DNA of 32,000 bases, taken from positions 6,210,001-6,242,000 of the forward strand of contig NZ_LN831039.1 of assembly GCF_001457595.1 (NCBI RefSeq), given 5' to 3'. The first letter of the stretch is position 1. Each line of letters opens with the position of its first letter. The translations under genes were made by a program, and so were the position numbers. Below are positions 18,583-27,299 of the stretch, one piece after another. The DNA is from Mycolicibacterium smegmatis (lineage in GTDB: Bacteria; Actinomycetota; Actinomycetes; Mycobacteriales; Mycobacteriaceae). The notes under the pieces were generated by a model that was given only the letters and a program-made list of their open reading frames with translations, was not told where the DNA came from and did not search any database.

Positions 18583-21393
18583 CTAGGCCTTCTTGGCGGC
18601 GGCTTTCTTGGCGGGTGCCTTCTTGGCGGCCTTCTTCGCCGGGGCCTTCTTCTTCACCGGGCCACGGGCACGGCGGTCGGCCAGCAGTTCGGAGGCACGC
18701 TCGTCGGTGATGGTCAGCACATCGTCGCCCTTACGCAGGCTCGCGTTGGTCTCACCGTCGGTGACGTACGGGCCGAACCGGCCGTCCTTGATCACCATCG
18801 GCTTGCCCGAGACCGGGTCGTTGCCCAGTTCGCGCAGCGGCGGAGCCGACGCGGCCTGGCGGCCACGGCGTTTCGGCTCGGCGTAGATCTTGAGTGCCTC
18901 GTCGAGGGTGATCGTGAAGATCTGGTCCTCGGTGGCCAGCGAGCGAGAGTCGGTGCCGCGCTTGAGGTATGGCCCGTAGCGGCCGTTCTGCGCGGTGATC
19001 TCCTCGTTGGTCGTCGGATCGACACCCACGACGCGCGGCAGCGACAGCAGCTTGAGCGCGTCCTCAAGCGTCACGGTCTCCAGATCCATCGACCGGAAGA
19101 GCGATCCCGTGCGCGGCTTGGGACCGGTCGGCTTCTTGCCCTTCTTCGCCGGGGTGCCGGCCGTACCGTCGTCCCCGCCGTCTTCGGGTTCGGGCAGCAC
19201 CTCGGTGACATACGGCCCGAAACGCCCGTCCTTGGCGACGATCTCGTGGCCGGTCTCCGGGTCGATGCCCAGCGAGCGTCCCTCTTGCGGTGTGGCGAAG
19301 AGCTTTTCGGCGAGCTCAGGGGTGAGCTCGTCGGGCGTCAGATCCTCTTTGAGGTTGGCGCGCTGCGGTTTCTGCTCACCCGGGTTGTCGGGATCGTCGA
19401 CCATGCGCTCCAGGTACGGCCCGTTGCGCCCCACCCGGACGTACACCGGACGACCCTCGGAGTCGTCGAAAACCTTGATGGAGTTGACTTCTCGCGCGTC
19501 GATGCCTTCGAGGTTGCCGCCGACGAGCTGCTTGAGTCCTCCGGCGCGCGCGATCGAACCCTCGACGCCGTGCTCACCGCCGAAGTAGAAGTTGTTGAGC
19601 CAGTTGGTGCGTTGCTCCTGGCCGTTGGCGATCTCGTCGAGTTCGTCTTCCATGGCCGCGGTGAAGTCGTAGTCCACCAACCGGCCGAAATGCTGCTCGA
19701 GGAGGCCGACGACGGCGAACGCGACCCAGGACGGCACCAGCGCGCTGCCCTTCTTCTGGACGTAGCCGCGGTCCTGGATGGTCTTGATGATCGAGCTGTA
19801 GGTCGACGGACGGCCGATGCCCAGCTCTTCGAGGGCCTTGATGAGCGAGGCCTCGGTGTAGCGGGCGGGCGGGCTGGTCTGGTGGCCGTCGGCGCTCAGA
19901 TCGGCCGCGTCGACGCGCTGCCCCTGCGTGAGGTTGGGCAGGCGGCTCTCGGCGTCGTCGGACTCGCCGCCGGCGAGTTCGTCGATGCTTTCGACGTAGG
20001 CCTTGAGGAAGCCCGGGAACGTGATGGTGCGGCCCGAGGCGTTGAACACCACCTGCTCACCCGAACTCGCTGAGCCGCCGATGCGCAGGCTCAGCGTGGT
20101 GCCGCGCGCGTCGGCCATCTGCGAGGCGACGGTGCGCTGCCAGATCAGCTCGTAGAGCCGGAACTCGTCGGTGTCCAGCGCGCTGTGCAGCTGCCCCGGC
20201 GTCTGGAACACGTCGCCGGCGGGGCGGATGGCCTCGTGGGCCTCCTGTGCGTTCTTGACCTTGCGGGTGTACTGCCGCGGCGACGGGTGCACGTACTCCT
20301 CGCCGTAGAGCTGACGGGCCTGTGTACGCGCGGCGTTGATGGCCGACTCCGACAGCGTGGTCGAGTCGGTACGCATGTAGGTGATGTAGCCGTTCTCGTA
20401 CAGCCGCTGCGCGATGCTCATGGTGCGCTCGGAGGAGAACCGCAGCTTGCGGGCCGCTTCCTGCTGCAGCGTCGACGTCATGAACGGCGCATAGGGCCGA
20501 CGGGTGTAGGGCTTCTGCTCGACCGAGGTGACCGCCAGCTGCGCGCCGCGCAGCCCCGAGGCCAGCGCGCCCGCGCTCGCCTCGTCGAGCACCAGCACCT
20601 CGTCGGGCCGCTTGAGCTGGCCCAGCGAGTCGAAATCGCGGCCGGTCGCGACGCGGCGGCCGTCGACCGTGTTGAGCTTGGCGGTGAACTTCGGCGGCGA
20701 CGCCGACGGATCGGACACGCTCGCGTCCAGCTCGGCGGTCACATCCCAGTAGGACGCGCTGTGGAACGCCATGCGCTCGCGTTCGCGCTGCACGATGATG
20801 CGCGTGGCCACCGACTGCACGCGGCCCGCGCTCAGCTTCGGCGCGACCTTCTTCCACAGCACGGGGCTGACCTCGTAGCCGTACAGACGGTCGAGGATGC
20901 GGCGGGTCTCCTGCGCGTCGACCAGCGCGATGTCCAGGTCACGCGGGTTCTCGGCGGCGTTGCGGATCGCGGGCTCGGTGATCTCGTGGAACACCATGCG
21001 CTTGACCGGCACGCGCGGCTTGAGCGTCTCCAGCAGGTGCCAGGCGATGGCCTCACCCTCGCGGTCACCGTCAGTGGCGAGGTAGAGCTCGTCGACGTCC
21101 TTGAGCAGGCCCTTGAGTTCGGTGACCGTGGACTTCTTCTCCGGGCTGACGATGTAGAGCGGCTCGAAGTTCTGGTCGACGTTGACGCCAAGGCGCGCCC
21201 ACGGCTCGGACTTGAACTTCGCCGGCACGTCGGCGGCGTTGCGGGGCAGGTCACGGATGTGGCCGCGGGACGATTCCACGACGTAATTCGAGCCGAGGTA
21301 GCCAGCTATCTTGCGCGCCTTCGTCGGCGACTCGACAATCACGAGTCGCCGGACATTACCTGTTCCACCGCTGCCGCGGTCGCCGCCAGCCAA
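18583..21393 (-). CDS. topA: DNA topoisomerase I, type IA, with a Lys/Ala-rich basic C-terminal tail
   Basis: Toprim N-terminus LVIVESPTKARKIAGYLG, active-site region GYITYMRTDS, and repeated C-terminal GRFGPY/GRYGPY domains. The tail is KKKAPAKKAAKKAPAKKAAAKKA. The apparent start is TTG. Confidence 0.97.
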   Translation of the reverse strand: MAGGDRGSGGTGNVRRLVIVESPTKARKIAGYLGSNYVVESSRGHIRDLPRNAADVPAKFKSEPWARLGVNVDQNFEPLYIVSPEKKSTVTELKGLLKDVDELYLATDGDREGEAIAWHLLETLKPRVPVKRMVFHEITEPAIRNAAENPRDLDIALVDAQETRRILDRLYGYEVSPVLWKKVAPKLSAGRVQSVATRIIVQRERERMAFHSASYWDVTAELDASVSDPSASPPKFTAKLNTVDGRRVATGRDFDSLGQLKRPDEVLVLDEASAGALASGLRGAQLAVTSVEQKPYTRRPYAPFMTSTLQQEAARKLRFSSERTMSIAQRLYENGYITYMRTDSTTLSESAINAARTQARQLYGEEYVHPSPRQYTRKVKNAQEAHEAIRPAGDVFQTPGQLHSALDTDEFRLYELIWQRTVASQMADARGTTLSLRIGGSASSGEQVVFNASGRTITFPGFLKAYVESIDELAGGESDDAESRLPNLTQGQRVDAADLSADGHQTSPPARYTEASLIKALEELGIGRPSTYSSIIKTIQDRGYVQKKGSALVPSWVAFAVVGLLEQHFGRLVDYDFTAAMEDELDEIANGQEQRTNWLNNFYFGGEHGVEGSIARAGGLKQLVGGNLEGIDAREVNSIKVFDDSEGRPVYVRVGRNGPYLERMVDDPDNPGEQKPQRANLKEDLTPDELTPELAEKLFATPQEGRSLGIDPETGHEIVAKDGRFGPYVTEVLPEPEDGGDDGTAGTPAKKGKKPTGPKPRTGSLFRSMDLETVTLEDALKLLSLPRVVGVDPTTNEEITAQNGRYGPYLKRGTDSRSLATEDQIFTITLDEALKIYAEPKRRGRQAASAPPLRELGNDPVSGKPMVIKDGRFGPYVTDGETNASLRKGDDVLTITDERASELLADRRARGPVKKKAPAKKAAKKAPAKKAAAKKA

Positions 21394-21496
21394 CTGTGCC
21401 TACGCTCCACTTCTGTAGTCACCTCGCCACGCGAGGCAACTGCCAATCTCGCATCACCCTAGAGCCTATGCAAACCGGCTCTCTGCCTGCGCACCA

Positions 21497-22090
21497 TTAA
21501 ATACGTGGCCACTGCGCCAACGCCGCGACATCCCCCGGCGGTTCCCCCACATTCTCTACCAGGCGTAACAGGCGCCGCCGTCCGCTGATGCGCAGCGCCG
21601 GGTGGGAGCCGCGGGTACCGATCAGCGTCGGGGCGATTCCCACGCGCATCATGGCCGACGCGAGCACCGGGTGCGTGTCGGGTGCGTGCGGATCGAGCCC
21701 CAAGAGGTAGCGGTCGTCGGCCTCCGGCGTGCCCGCGGCCAGCGTCCAGGCACGCAGTTCCCGCGAGCCCGGCAACCACTCGGGAGGCACGGTCTTGACC
21801 GCGCCGCGCGTCCACGCGCGCGCCAGCGGCACCAGCCGCACATCCATGGTCGTGCGCACCAGCGGAGTGTTCTCCTCGGTGCGGGCTATCTCCGCGGTGA
21901 GGCCGGCCTGCTCGATCATCTCGGCCAGCCCGTGCGCACGCCACAGCTCGTCGACCACCACCGATATCCTCGCGGTCGGATGACCACCGCCACCCACCAC
22001 CAGGATCTGGCCTGGCGCAGCCAGCATCCCGGTCAGGTCGGTCACCGCGGGCGGCACCGACTCGGCCGAGAAGAAGGACAGCTGGCTCAC
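21497..22090 (-). CDS. Conserved hypothetical protein (Rv3647c-like), immediately upstream of topA
   Basis: 197-aa ORF with high GC3 and a GTG start. Its position between cspA and topA matches the M. tuberculosis gene order. No motif was recognised. Confidence 0.7.
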   Translation of the reverse strand: MSQLSFFSAESVPPAVTDLTGMLAAPGQILVVGGGGHPTARISVVVDELWRAHGLAEMIEQAGLTAEIARTEENTPLVRTTMDVRLVPLARAWTRGAVKTVPPEWLPGSRELRAWTLAAGTPEADDRYLLGLDPHAPDTHPVLASAMMRVGIAPTLIGTRGSHPALRISGRRRLLRLVENVGEPPGDVAALAQWPRI

Positions 22091-22129
22091 GGATCGACAC
22101 TAAGCCAGTGACGACCTCGGAAACGAGAA

Positions 22130-22167
22130 CACCCCCGCGGTGTCCCGTGGGACGTGTCGCGGGGGTG
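22130..22167 (-). terminator. cspA intrinsic terminator
   Basis: Perfect 10-bp arms CACCCCCGCG / CGCGGGGGTG plus an inner GTCCC/GGGAC pairing. On the minus strand the hairpin is followed by TTCTCGTTTCC. It lies 19 nt past the cspA stop. Confidence 0.6.
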
Positions 22168-22185
22168 CTGTCAGGTTTGTCTCGC

Positions 22186-22389
22186 TCAGATGGTCCGGAC
22201 ACCCGTGGCCTGCGGCCCCTTGGGGCTCTGGCCGACCTCGAACTCAACCTTCTGGTTTTCCTCCAGGGTGCGGAAGCCGCTGCCCTGGATTTCCGTGTAG
22301 TGGACAAACACGTCAGCGGAGCCGTCCTCGGGGGCGATGAAGCCGAAGCCCTTCTCCGCGTTGAACCACTTCACAGTTCCCTGTGGCAT
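22186..22389 (-). CDS. cspA: Cold-shock protein, CspA family
   Basis: 67 aa with RNP1 (KGFGFI) and RNP2 (VFVHY) motifs, beginning [18 protein letters not shown]. Confidence 0.97.
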   Translation of the reverse strand: MPQGTVKWFNAEKGFGFIAPEDGSADVFVHYTEIQGSGFRTLEENQKVEFEVGQSPKGPQATGVRTI

Positions 22390-22620
22390 TTCTCGATATT
22401 TCCTTCTCTTCTTACCGGGTGCGGTCCACCGACTTCCGGCGTACCGGGCCCGTTCCGACCGCCATACCTTCGTGGAGTCGTCGGAACTTGACCCGACCTA
22501 CAACCCTCGCAGGAACCGCGATCGCAACGACGATCCTGCGAGTGCAAAGACACGAACACAGAAGCTGCGACCGTGATCAGTCAATCATGTTCAGGGCGAG
22601 TGCGACAGTCTTGTCGCACG
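22390..22620 (-). promoter_or_regulatory. Long structured cspA 5' leader and divergent promoter region
   Basis: A 301-nt gap (22390-22690) separates cspA from the helicase start. It contains a 9-bp stem CTCGCAGGA/TCCTGCGAG (22506-22542) and an 8-bp stem GTGCGACA-GTCT-TGTCGCAC (22600-22619). Confidence 0.4.
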
Positions 22621-22690
22621 GTTGGCTGGTGAAGAATTTGTGTCACGGGGCGGGACGACCGCACCGCGAGAGACGACAGGAGGTCCGGAC

Positions 22691-25021
22691 GTGTCGGATC
22701 GGGGGCTGGAATTCGGCCGTGAGCTGCTGAATTGCGCCGTTGAGGGCACCCCCGGCGACGATAATCCGCTACGCCACGTTGCGGATTTGGCACCCCGGAC
22801 GGGCAAACCGGTTCCGTGGCCGGCGTGGGCTCACCCAGATGTGGTGCGCGCGTTGCATGATCACGGAATCACCGCGCCGTGGTCGCATCAGCTGTCCGCC
22901 GCGCAGCTGGCGCACGACGGCAGACACGTGGTGATCTCGACCGGCACCGCCTCGGGCAAGTCCCTGGCGTACCAGTTGCCGATCCTCTCGGCGCTCGCCG
23001 ACGATCCCCGCGCCCGGGTGCTGTACCTGTCCCCGACCAAGGCGCTCGGACACGATCAGCTGCGCGCCGCGCACGCCCTCACCGAAAGCGTCGCCGCCCT
23101 ACGCGATGTCGCGCCCGCGCCGTATGACGGTGACAGCGCGACCGAGGTGCGCCGCTTCGCCCGGGAACGGTCACGCTGGATCTTCTCCAACCCCGACATG
23201 ATCCATCTGTCCCTGTTGCGCAACCACTCCCGCTGGGCGGTGTTCCTGCGCAACCTGCGCTACATCGTGGTCGACGAATGCCATTACTACCGCGGCATTT
23301 TCGGGTCAAACGTGGCGATGGTGCTGCGCAGGCTGCTGCGTCTGTGCGAGCGGTACTCGGCCAACGGCGCGACACCGACCGTCATCTTCGCCAGCGCCAC
23401 CACCTCATCCCCGGCCGAGACGGCCGCCGAGCTGATCGGCCAGACCGTCGTCGAGGTCACCGAGGACGGCTCGCCGCAGGGCGCACGCACCATCGCGCTG
23501 TGGGAGCCCGCGCTCCTGCCCGACCTGGCCGGTGAGAACGGCGCCCCGGTCCGACGCTCGGCCGGCTCGGAGGCCGGCCGGGTGATGGCCGATCTCGTCG
23601 CCGAGGGCGCCCGCACGCTGACGTTCGTGCGGTCGCGTCGCGGCGCCGAGCTCACCGCGCTGGGGGCGCGCGCCCGATTGTCCGAGACCGCACCCGATTT
23701 GGTCGAGCAGGTCGCCTCCTACCGGGCCGGGTACCTCGCCGAGGACCGCCGCGAGCTCGAGCACGCGCTCAGCGACGGACGGCTGCGGGGTCTGGCCACC
23801 ACCAACGCGCTGGAACTCGGTATCGACATCGCGGGCCTGGACGCCGTGGTGATGGCGGGATTCCCCGGCACGGTCGCGTCGTTCTGGCAGCAGGCCGGAC
23901 GCTCGGGGCGACGCGGACAGGGTGCGCTCGTCGTGCTGATCGCACGCGACGACCCGCTGGACACCTACCTGGTGCACCATCCGGCCGCGCTGCTGGACAA
24001 GCCGATCGAACGCGTCGTGATCGATCCGACCAACCCACACGTGCTGGGCCCGCAACTGCTGTGCGCGGCCGCCGAACTGCCACTCACCGAGGCCGAGGTG
24101 CGCAGGTGGGACGCCGAGGCGGTGGCCCAGCGGCTCGTCGACGACGGACTGCTGCGCAAGCGTCCCGCCGGATACTTTCCCGCGCCGGGCGTCGATCCGC
24201 ATCCGGCAGTGGACATCCGGGGTTCGACAGGCGGGCAGATCGCGATCCTTGAGGCCGACACCGGCCGCATGCTCGGCAGCGCAGGCGCGGGCCAGGCGGC
24301 GTCGTCGGTGCACCCGGGCGCGGTGTACCTGCACCAGGGCGAGAGTTATGTGGTCGACTCACTCGACTTCGAGGACGGCATCGCCTTCGTGCATGCCGAA
24401 GATCCCGGCTACACGACCTTCGCCCGTGAGATCACCGACATCTCCGTGACCGGTCCGGGCGAGCGGGTGGACCACGGACCCGTCACCATCGGGCTGGTGC
24501 CGGTGTCGGTGACCAACACCGTCGTCGGCTATCTACGCCGCCGGATGGACGGCGAGGTCATCGATTTCGTCGAACTCGACATGCCGCCGCGCACACTGGA
24601 CACCATGGCGGTGATGTGCACGATCACCCCGGAGGCCTTGCAGGACAACGGGATCGAGCAGCTCTCGGTGCCCGGGGCGTTGCATGCCGCCGAGCACGCC
24701 TCGATCGGCCTGCTCCCTCTGGTCGCCAGTTGCGACCGCGGCGACATCGGCGGGGTGTCGACCGCTGTGGGTCCGGTCGACGGATTGCCGTCGATCTTCG
24801 TCTACGACGGATATCCCGGAGGTGCGGGATTCGCCGATCGCGGCTACCGCCAGCTGCAGACGTGGTGGGGTGCGACGGCCGCGGCGATCGAGGCCTGCGA
24901 GTGCCCGAGTGGATGCCCCTCGTGCGTGCAGTCGCCCAAGTGCGGTAACGGCAACGATCCGTTGGACAAGGCTGGGGCGGTGAAGGTACTTCGTCTGGTG
25001 CTCGGCGCGCTGACGAAGTAG
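22691..25021 (+). CDS. DEAD/DEAH-box (DECH) helicase with a C-terminal DUF1998/MrfA-type Cys-cluster domain (Rv3649-like)
   Basis: Walker A TGTASGKS, DECH box VVDECHYY and a C-terminal CECPSGCPSCVQSPKCGNGN cluster. GTG at 22691 is preceded by AGGAGG (22677-22682). Confidence 0.9.
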   Translation: MSDRGLEFGRELLNCAVEGTPGDDNPLRHVADLAPRTGKPVPWPAWAHPDVVRALHDHGITAPWSHQLSAAQLAHDGRHVVISTGTASGKSLAYQLPILSALADDPRARVLYLSPTKALGHDQLRAAHALTESVAALRDVAPAPYDGDSATEVRRFARERSRWIFSNPDMIHLSLLRNHSRWAVFLRNLRYIVVDECHYYRGIFGSNVAMVLRRLLRLCERYSANGATPTVIFASATTSSPAETAAELIGQTVVEVTEDGSPQGARTIALWEPALLPDLAGENGAPVRRSAGSEAGRVMADLVAEGARTLTFVRSRRGAELTALGARARLSETAPDLVEQVASYRAGYLAEDRRELEHALSDGRLRGLATTNALELGIDIAGLDAVVMAGFPGTVASFWQQAGRSGRRGQGALVVLIARDDPLDTYLVHHPAALLDKPIERVVIDPTNPHVLGPQLLCAAAELPLTEAEVRRWDAEAVAQRLVDDGLLRKRPAGYFPAPGVDPHPAVDIRGSTGGQIAILEADTGRMLGSAGAGQAASSVHPGAVYLHQGESYVVDSLDFEDGIAFVHAEDPGYTTFAREITDISVTGPGERVDHGPVTIGLVPVSVTNTVVGYLRRRMDGEVIDFVELDMPPRTLDTMAVMCTITPEALQDNGIEQLSVPGALHAAEHASIGLLPLVASCDRGDIGGVSTAVGPVDGLPSIFVYDGYPGGAGFADRGYRQLQTWWGATAAAIEACECPSGCPSCVQSPKCGNGNDPLDKAGAVKVLRLVLGALTK

Positions 25022-25304
25022 ACGTTTGCCCCCCGACCCGCGTTGACGACCGACCCCTCGACGGCCGACGACGCGGTTCCACCAAACCCTCGGGCGCGCC
25101 GAACACTCAAACGTTGCGGCAAACGGTCGGACAACACGATCCGTTCCCAATCCCGGAGGCCGGGTGCAGGAGGCAAATTACGTCACCGGCGTGACGTTCG
25201 CAACCCGTATCCCCAGCAGGGCCGGATCGAGCACCCAACCGGTGCGGATTCCGTACCTCCTGTCGCCGTCTTCTCCAAGATCAGACCCCGGTAAAATGGG
25301 TGGC

Positions 25305-26321
25305 ATGACCCACGACTGGCTGCTCGTGGAAACACTCGGTAGTGAGCCCGCTGTGGTGGCGAGAGGTTCGCAGACCAAGAATCTCATTCCGATCAGCGTG
25401 TTTCTGCGTCGCAATCCCAACCTGATGGCCATCCAGAGCGCCATCGGGGAGACCGTCCGCGCCGGTCAGGGCCTCAGCAGCATTACGCCCAAGACCAAGC
25501 GCGTAATCCGCACCGAAGTGGTGCGAATGACGGACGGATGCATCCATGGCGTGCATGTTTGGGTCGGTCCGGCGAACGCAGAACCACCTGAACGACTGAT
25601 TCCGGGGCCTCTGGTCTGGGATCTCACGACCGGCGTCGCCACCGACACTCCTGAATCCATCTTCAACAGCGGAATGGACCCCGCCGTCGAGGCCACCGAT
25701 GGCCGCACGTTTGCTGATGACCTGCCCACACGCGATCTCAACCCGAGCGAGGCAAAGGTTCTGTCGCTCGTGATCAATCCACAGCCGGGCACGACGATTT
25801 GCACCACGTGGGATGTGACCGACTTCCGCGGCGAGCCCGTCACGGTCGGTTTCGTGTCCCGCACGATGGTGGAAACCGGACCCGACGGGCGGGATCGCAC
25901 GGTCTGCCGCGCCATGAACTGGCGCAGTGAACGCGACGCCGCCGAGGTGCCCGCCGACTATCTCGCCCAGCGGATCCTCGACGGCCTGGCGCGGCCGGAT
26001 GTCCACCGCGCACTCGTCGACCTCAACAACTGGAAGCTGCTGAAGTGGCTCGACGAGCCGGCGCCGTTCATCGACTGGCGAAACCGTGAGGGCGGTGCGT
26101 CCCGGATCCACCCCGACGACACCGCCCACATGGAGCGCATGGCGGCGGAGTTCGCCACCGGGTTCACCACGGCCGTGCTGCGGATGCGCACCAGCGGCGG
26201 TGGTTGGCAGTCCGTGCACATGACGATCAACCGCGTGGAACTCGAACCCGGCACCTATGCCGGGCTGCTGGCGCTGCGGTTGCCCAGTGACGCCGAGATC
26301 GTCGGCGCGGATTCGGGTTGA
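25305..26321 (+). CDS. Conserved hypothetical protein (Rv3651-like)
   Basis: ATG at 25305 (MTHDWLLVETLG) lies 7 nt after TAAAAT (25292-25297), a leaderless geometry. The ORF has high GC3. The track start at 25164 has no support. Confidence 0.7.
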   Translation: MTHDWLLVETLGSEPAVVARGSQTKNLIPISVFLRRNPNLMAIQSAIGETVRAGQGLSSITPKTKRVIRTEVVRMTDGCIHGVHVWVGPANAEPPERLIPGPLVWDLTTGVATDTPESIFNSGMDPAVEATDGRTFADDLPTRDLNPSEAKVLSLVINPQPGTTICTTWDVTDFRGEPVTVGFVSRTMVETGPDGRDRTVCRAMNWRSERDAAEVPADYLAQRILDGLARPDVHRALVDLNNWKLLKWLDEPAPFIDWRNREGGASRIHPDDTAHMERMAAEFATGFTTAVLRMRTSGGGWQSVHMTINRVELEPGTYAGLLALRLPSDAEIVGADSG

Positions 26322-26338
26322 GCCGCGCTCGACGCACT

Positions 26339-26398
26339 CGCGAGTGTGAAGTCTCTGCGAGAAATCGCGCGGAACGTCGCAGAGGCTTCACACTCGCG
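26339..26398. terminator. Long inverted repeat (22-bp arms, 1 mismatch, 16-nt loop) between convergent genes: U-tract-less bidirectional terminator or REP-like element
   Basis: CGCGAGTGTGAAGTCTCTGCGA (26339-26360) pairs with TCGCAGAGGCTTCACACTCGCG (26377-26398). Confidence 0.5.
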
Positions 26399-26405
26399 GA
26401 ATGTG

Positions 26406-26732
26406 TCACCCCACCGGGCCGGCACGCGCGGATGCCTTGGCCGGACCGACGTCCCAGCGCCCCAGCGCGACGGCAACCTCGACGGTGAGCACCACATCGA
26501 GATCCTCGACCCGGCACGACGTGACACCGCTGCGCATCCTGCGGGCGACCTGACCGGCCTGCTCGCACGCCGCGGCGGGTCCGGTCGCCACGACATTCGC
26601 CGCCGCCAACGCCGCCAGATCGGCAGCCGCCTGGGCCCGGTGCCGCGCCACCACCGCGGCACCGAGATAGGCGAAACCGCCTGCGAGGACCAGGAGTGCG
26701 GCGATCATCGCGACCGCGATGACACTGGCCAC
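26406..26732 (-). CDS. Rv3654c-family TadE-like pseudopilin
   Basis: The sequence GVASVIAVAMIAALLVLAGGFAYLGAAVVARHRAQAAADLAALAAA is an N-terminal hydrophobic pilin-like helix. GTG at 26732 is taken as the start. The Arg-rich upstream part of the track ORF is an alternate frame of the previous gene. Confidence 0.6.
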   Translation of the reverse strand: MASVIAVAMIAALLVLAGGFAYLGAAVVARHRAQAAADLAALAAANVVATGPAAACEQAGQVARRMRSGVTSCRVEDLDVVLTVEVAVALGRWDVGPAKASARAGPVG

Positions 26733-26742
26733 GCCACGCTGG

Positions 26743-27069
26743 TCAGACGCCAGGTTCCCGGGCCGATGCCGCCTCGGCAGCGATGGTGAACCCCGGCAAC
26801 GGCGCATCGACGCTGACGCGGGCCACCAGGAACACCCCGTCGCCGCGAACCTCGACCAACGCCCCACGCGGCGCGATACGCCGGGCCACCTCCGCGGCGG
26901 ACCCGTCACCGCGTGCCGCCAACCGCGCCGCCTCACGGGCGGCGTCGACACAGAGCACCTGCATCGAGATCGCGCTGAGCCCACCGGCACACAACGCCAG
27001 CACAGCCACGAGCGCCGCGATCGCGAACGCCGCCTCGACCGTGACCGCACCCCGGTCATCGAGCCTCAG
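26743..27069 (-). CDS. TadE-like minor pilin (Rv3655c-like); start codon unresolved
   Basis: TadE-type N-terminus RGAVTVEAAFAIAALVAVLALCAGG. No in-frame ATG, GTG or TTG lies between the flp stop and this motif. A CTG at 27069 overlaps the flp stop as CTGA. Confidence 0.55.
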   Translation of the reverse strand: MRLDDRGAVTVEAAFAIAALVAVLALCAGGLSAISMQVLCVDAAREAARLAARGDGSAAEVARRIAPRGALVEVRGDGVFLVARVSVDAPLPGFTIAAEAASAREPGV

Positions 27070-27266
27070 ACGCTGGTGTTGAGCGCGCGACTGATGATGT
27101 TGCTCAACGCATTCACCACCGAGTCGCCCGTCACCACGGTGTACAGGATCGCGCCGAACGCCGCCGCGGCAACGGTGCCCAGAGCGTATTCCACGGTGCT
27201 CATGCCTGAGTCGTCGACCGCGAGCAGTGCCATGCGTGCCTGGATTCCTTGAAATACCTTGCCCAT
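27066..27266 (-). CDS. Flp-type prepilin (Rv3656c-like, DUF4244)
   Basis: 66 aa with the processing motif G/MSTVEYALG followed by a hydrophobic helix. GGAAAGGA lies about 8 nt upstream of the ATG. Confidence 0.8.
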   Translation of the reverse strand: MGKVFQGIQARMALLAVDDSGMSTVEYALGTVAAAAFGAILYTVVTGDSVVNALSNIISRALNTSV

Positions 27267-27299
27267 GCTGGTTTTTCCTTTCCGTTGACCTCACTGACC

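Noticed and set aside
18586-18680. Repetitive GCC/CTT-rich DNA (AAGAAGGC-type periodicity) at the 3' end of topA
   Set aside because: It simply encodes the KKAAKKAPAKKAA basic tail of mycobacterial TopA. It is not a tandem-repeat element or a CRISPR-like array.
19246-21462. Plus-strand ORFs of 275 aa and 425 aa, plus several smaller ones
   Set aside because: All are antisense or alternate-frame relative to topA. None has a recognisable domain.
26733-27059. N-terminal Arg/Ser/Cys-rich half of the 217-aa ORF
   Set aside because: It overlaps, in another frame, the region that encodes a convincing TadE-like N-terminus. Only the C-terminal 108 aa look like a real (Rv3654c-type) protein. The frame coincidence is noted in the TadE start finding.
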